Shown here: positions 46,400 to 46,481 of the stretch, piece by piece
Layout: every line of letters begins with the position of its first letter
Numbering within the stretch: position 1 is the stretch's first letter
From: a virus
Lineage: Duplodnaviria > Caudoviricetes
IMG/VR virus record: IMGVR_UViG_3300026105_000187
Location: 1 to 46,481 of that record
Strand: one strand, 5' to 3'
DNA length: 46,481 bases
Program-made: the position numbers and the translations under genes
Notes under the pieces: model-generated
Database searches by the model: none
What the model was told of the DNA's origin: nothing
The model's input: the letters and a program-made list of their open reading frames with translations, nothing else

Positions 46400-46481
46400 A
46401 TGCTTTATGAAAAAATAAACTTTCTTCCGATTTTTGACCTTAAGAAAGAACTTTCTGATTTGTTACAAAAAAATAAAATAC
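46400..46481 (+). CDS. Partial CDS running off the window (MLYEKINFLPIFDLKKELSDLLQKNKI...)
   Basis: ATG with RBS and promoter; open to the end of the window; not in the ORF track. Confidence 0.65.
   Translation, partial: MLYEKINFLPIFDLKKELSDLLQKNKI

Noticed and set aside
1-46481. Stop-codon reassignment, tRNAs, CRISPR arrays, introns/inteins, intrinsic terminators
   Set aside because: Genes tile densely in the standard code with TAA, TAG and TGA all used as stops, and the intergenic gaps are under 80 bp. I saw no such elements by eye; tRNAscan and Infernal were not run.

Overview
This window comes from a large, AT-rich, T4-like (probably jumbo) tailed phage. All credible genes lie on the + strand and read in the standard bacterial code. 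Bases 1-16130 are a virion module: a 5'-truncated giant baseplate-type protein, four paralogous tail fibre/spike genes sharing an N-terminal anchor domain, and a fibre chaperone plus two 2OG-Fe(II)-fold genes nested among the fibres. Bases 16182-46481 are an uninterrupted, tightly packed ~30 kb enzyme cluster. It holds 8 radical SAM enzymes (five with an N-terminal twitch domain, one of them fused to a QueC-like domain; one split into twitch and core genes) and about 8 putative glycosyltransferases of four types. It also holds 2 SGNH proteins, a variant UDP-glucose dehydrogenase, 2 PLP enzymes, a second QueC-like protein, 2 nitroreductases, a cysteine hydrolase, a carbamoyltransferase, a methyltransferase and a degenerate kinase. 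T4-type late-promoter cores (TAAATA) precede the structural genes and also parts of the enzyme cluster. My main candidate for a novel system is a phage-encoded pathway that builds and heavily tailors a glycan, most plausibly on the virion; DNA or the host surface are alternative targets. All functions are read from motifs by eye, and no searches were run.
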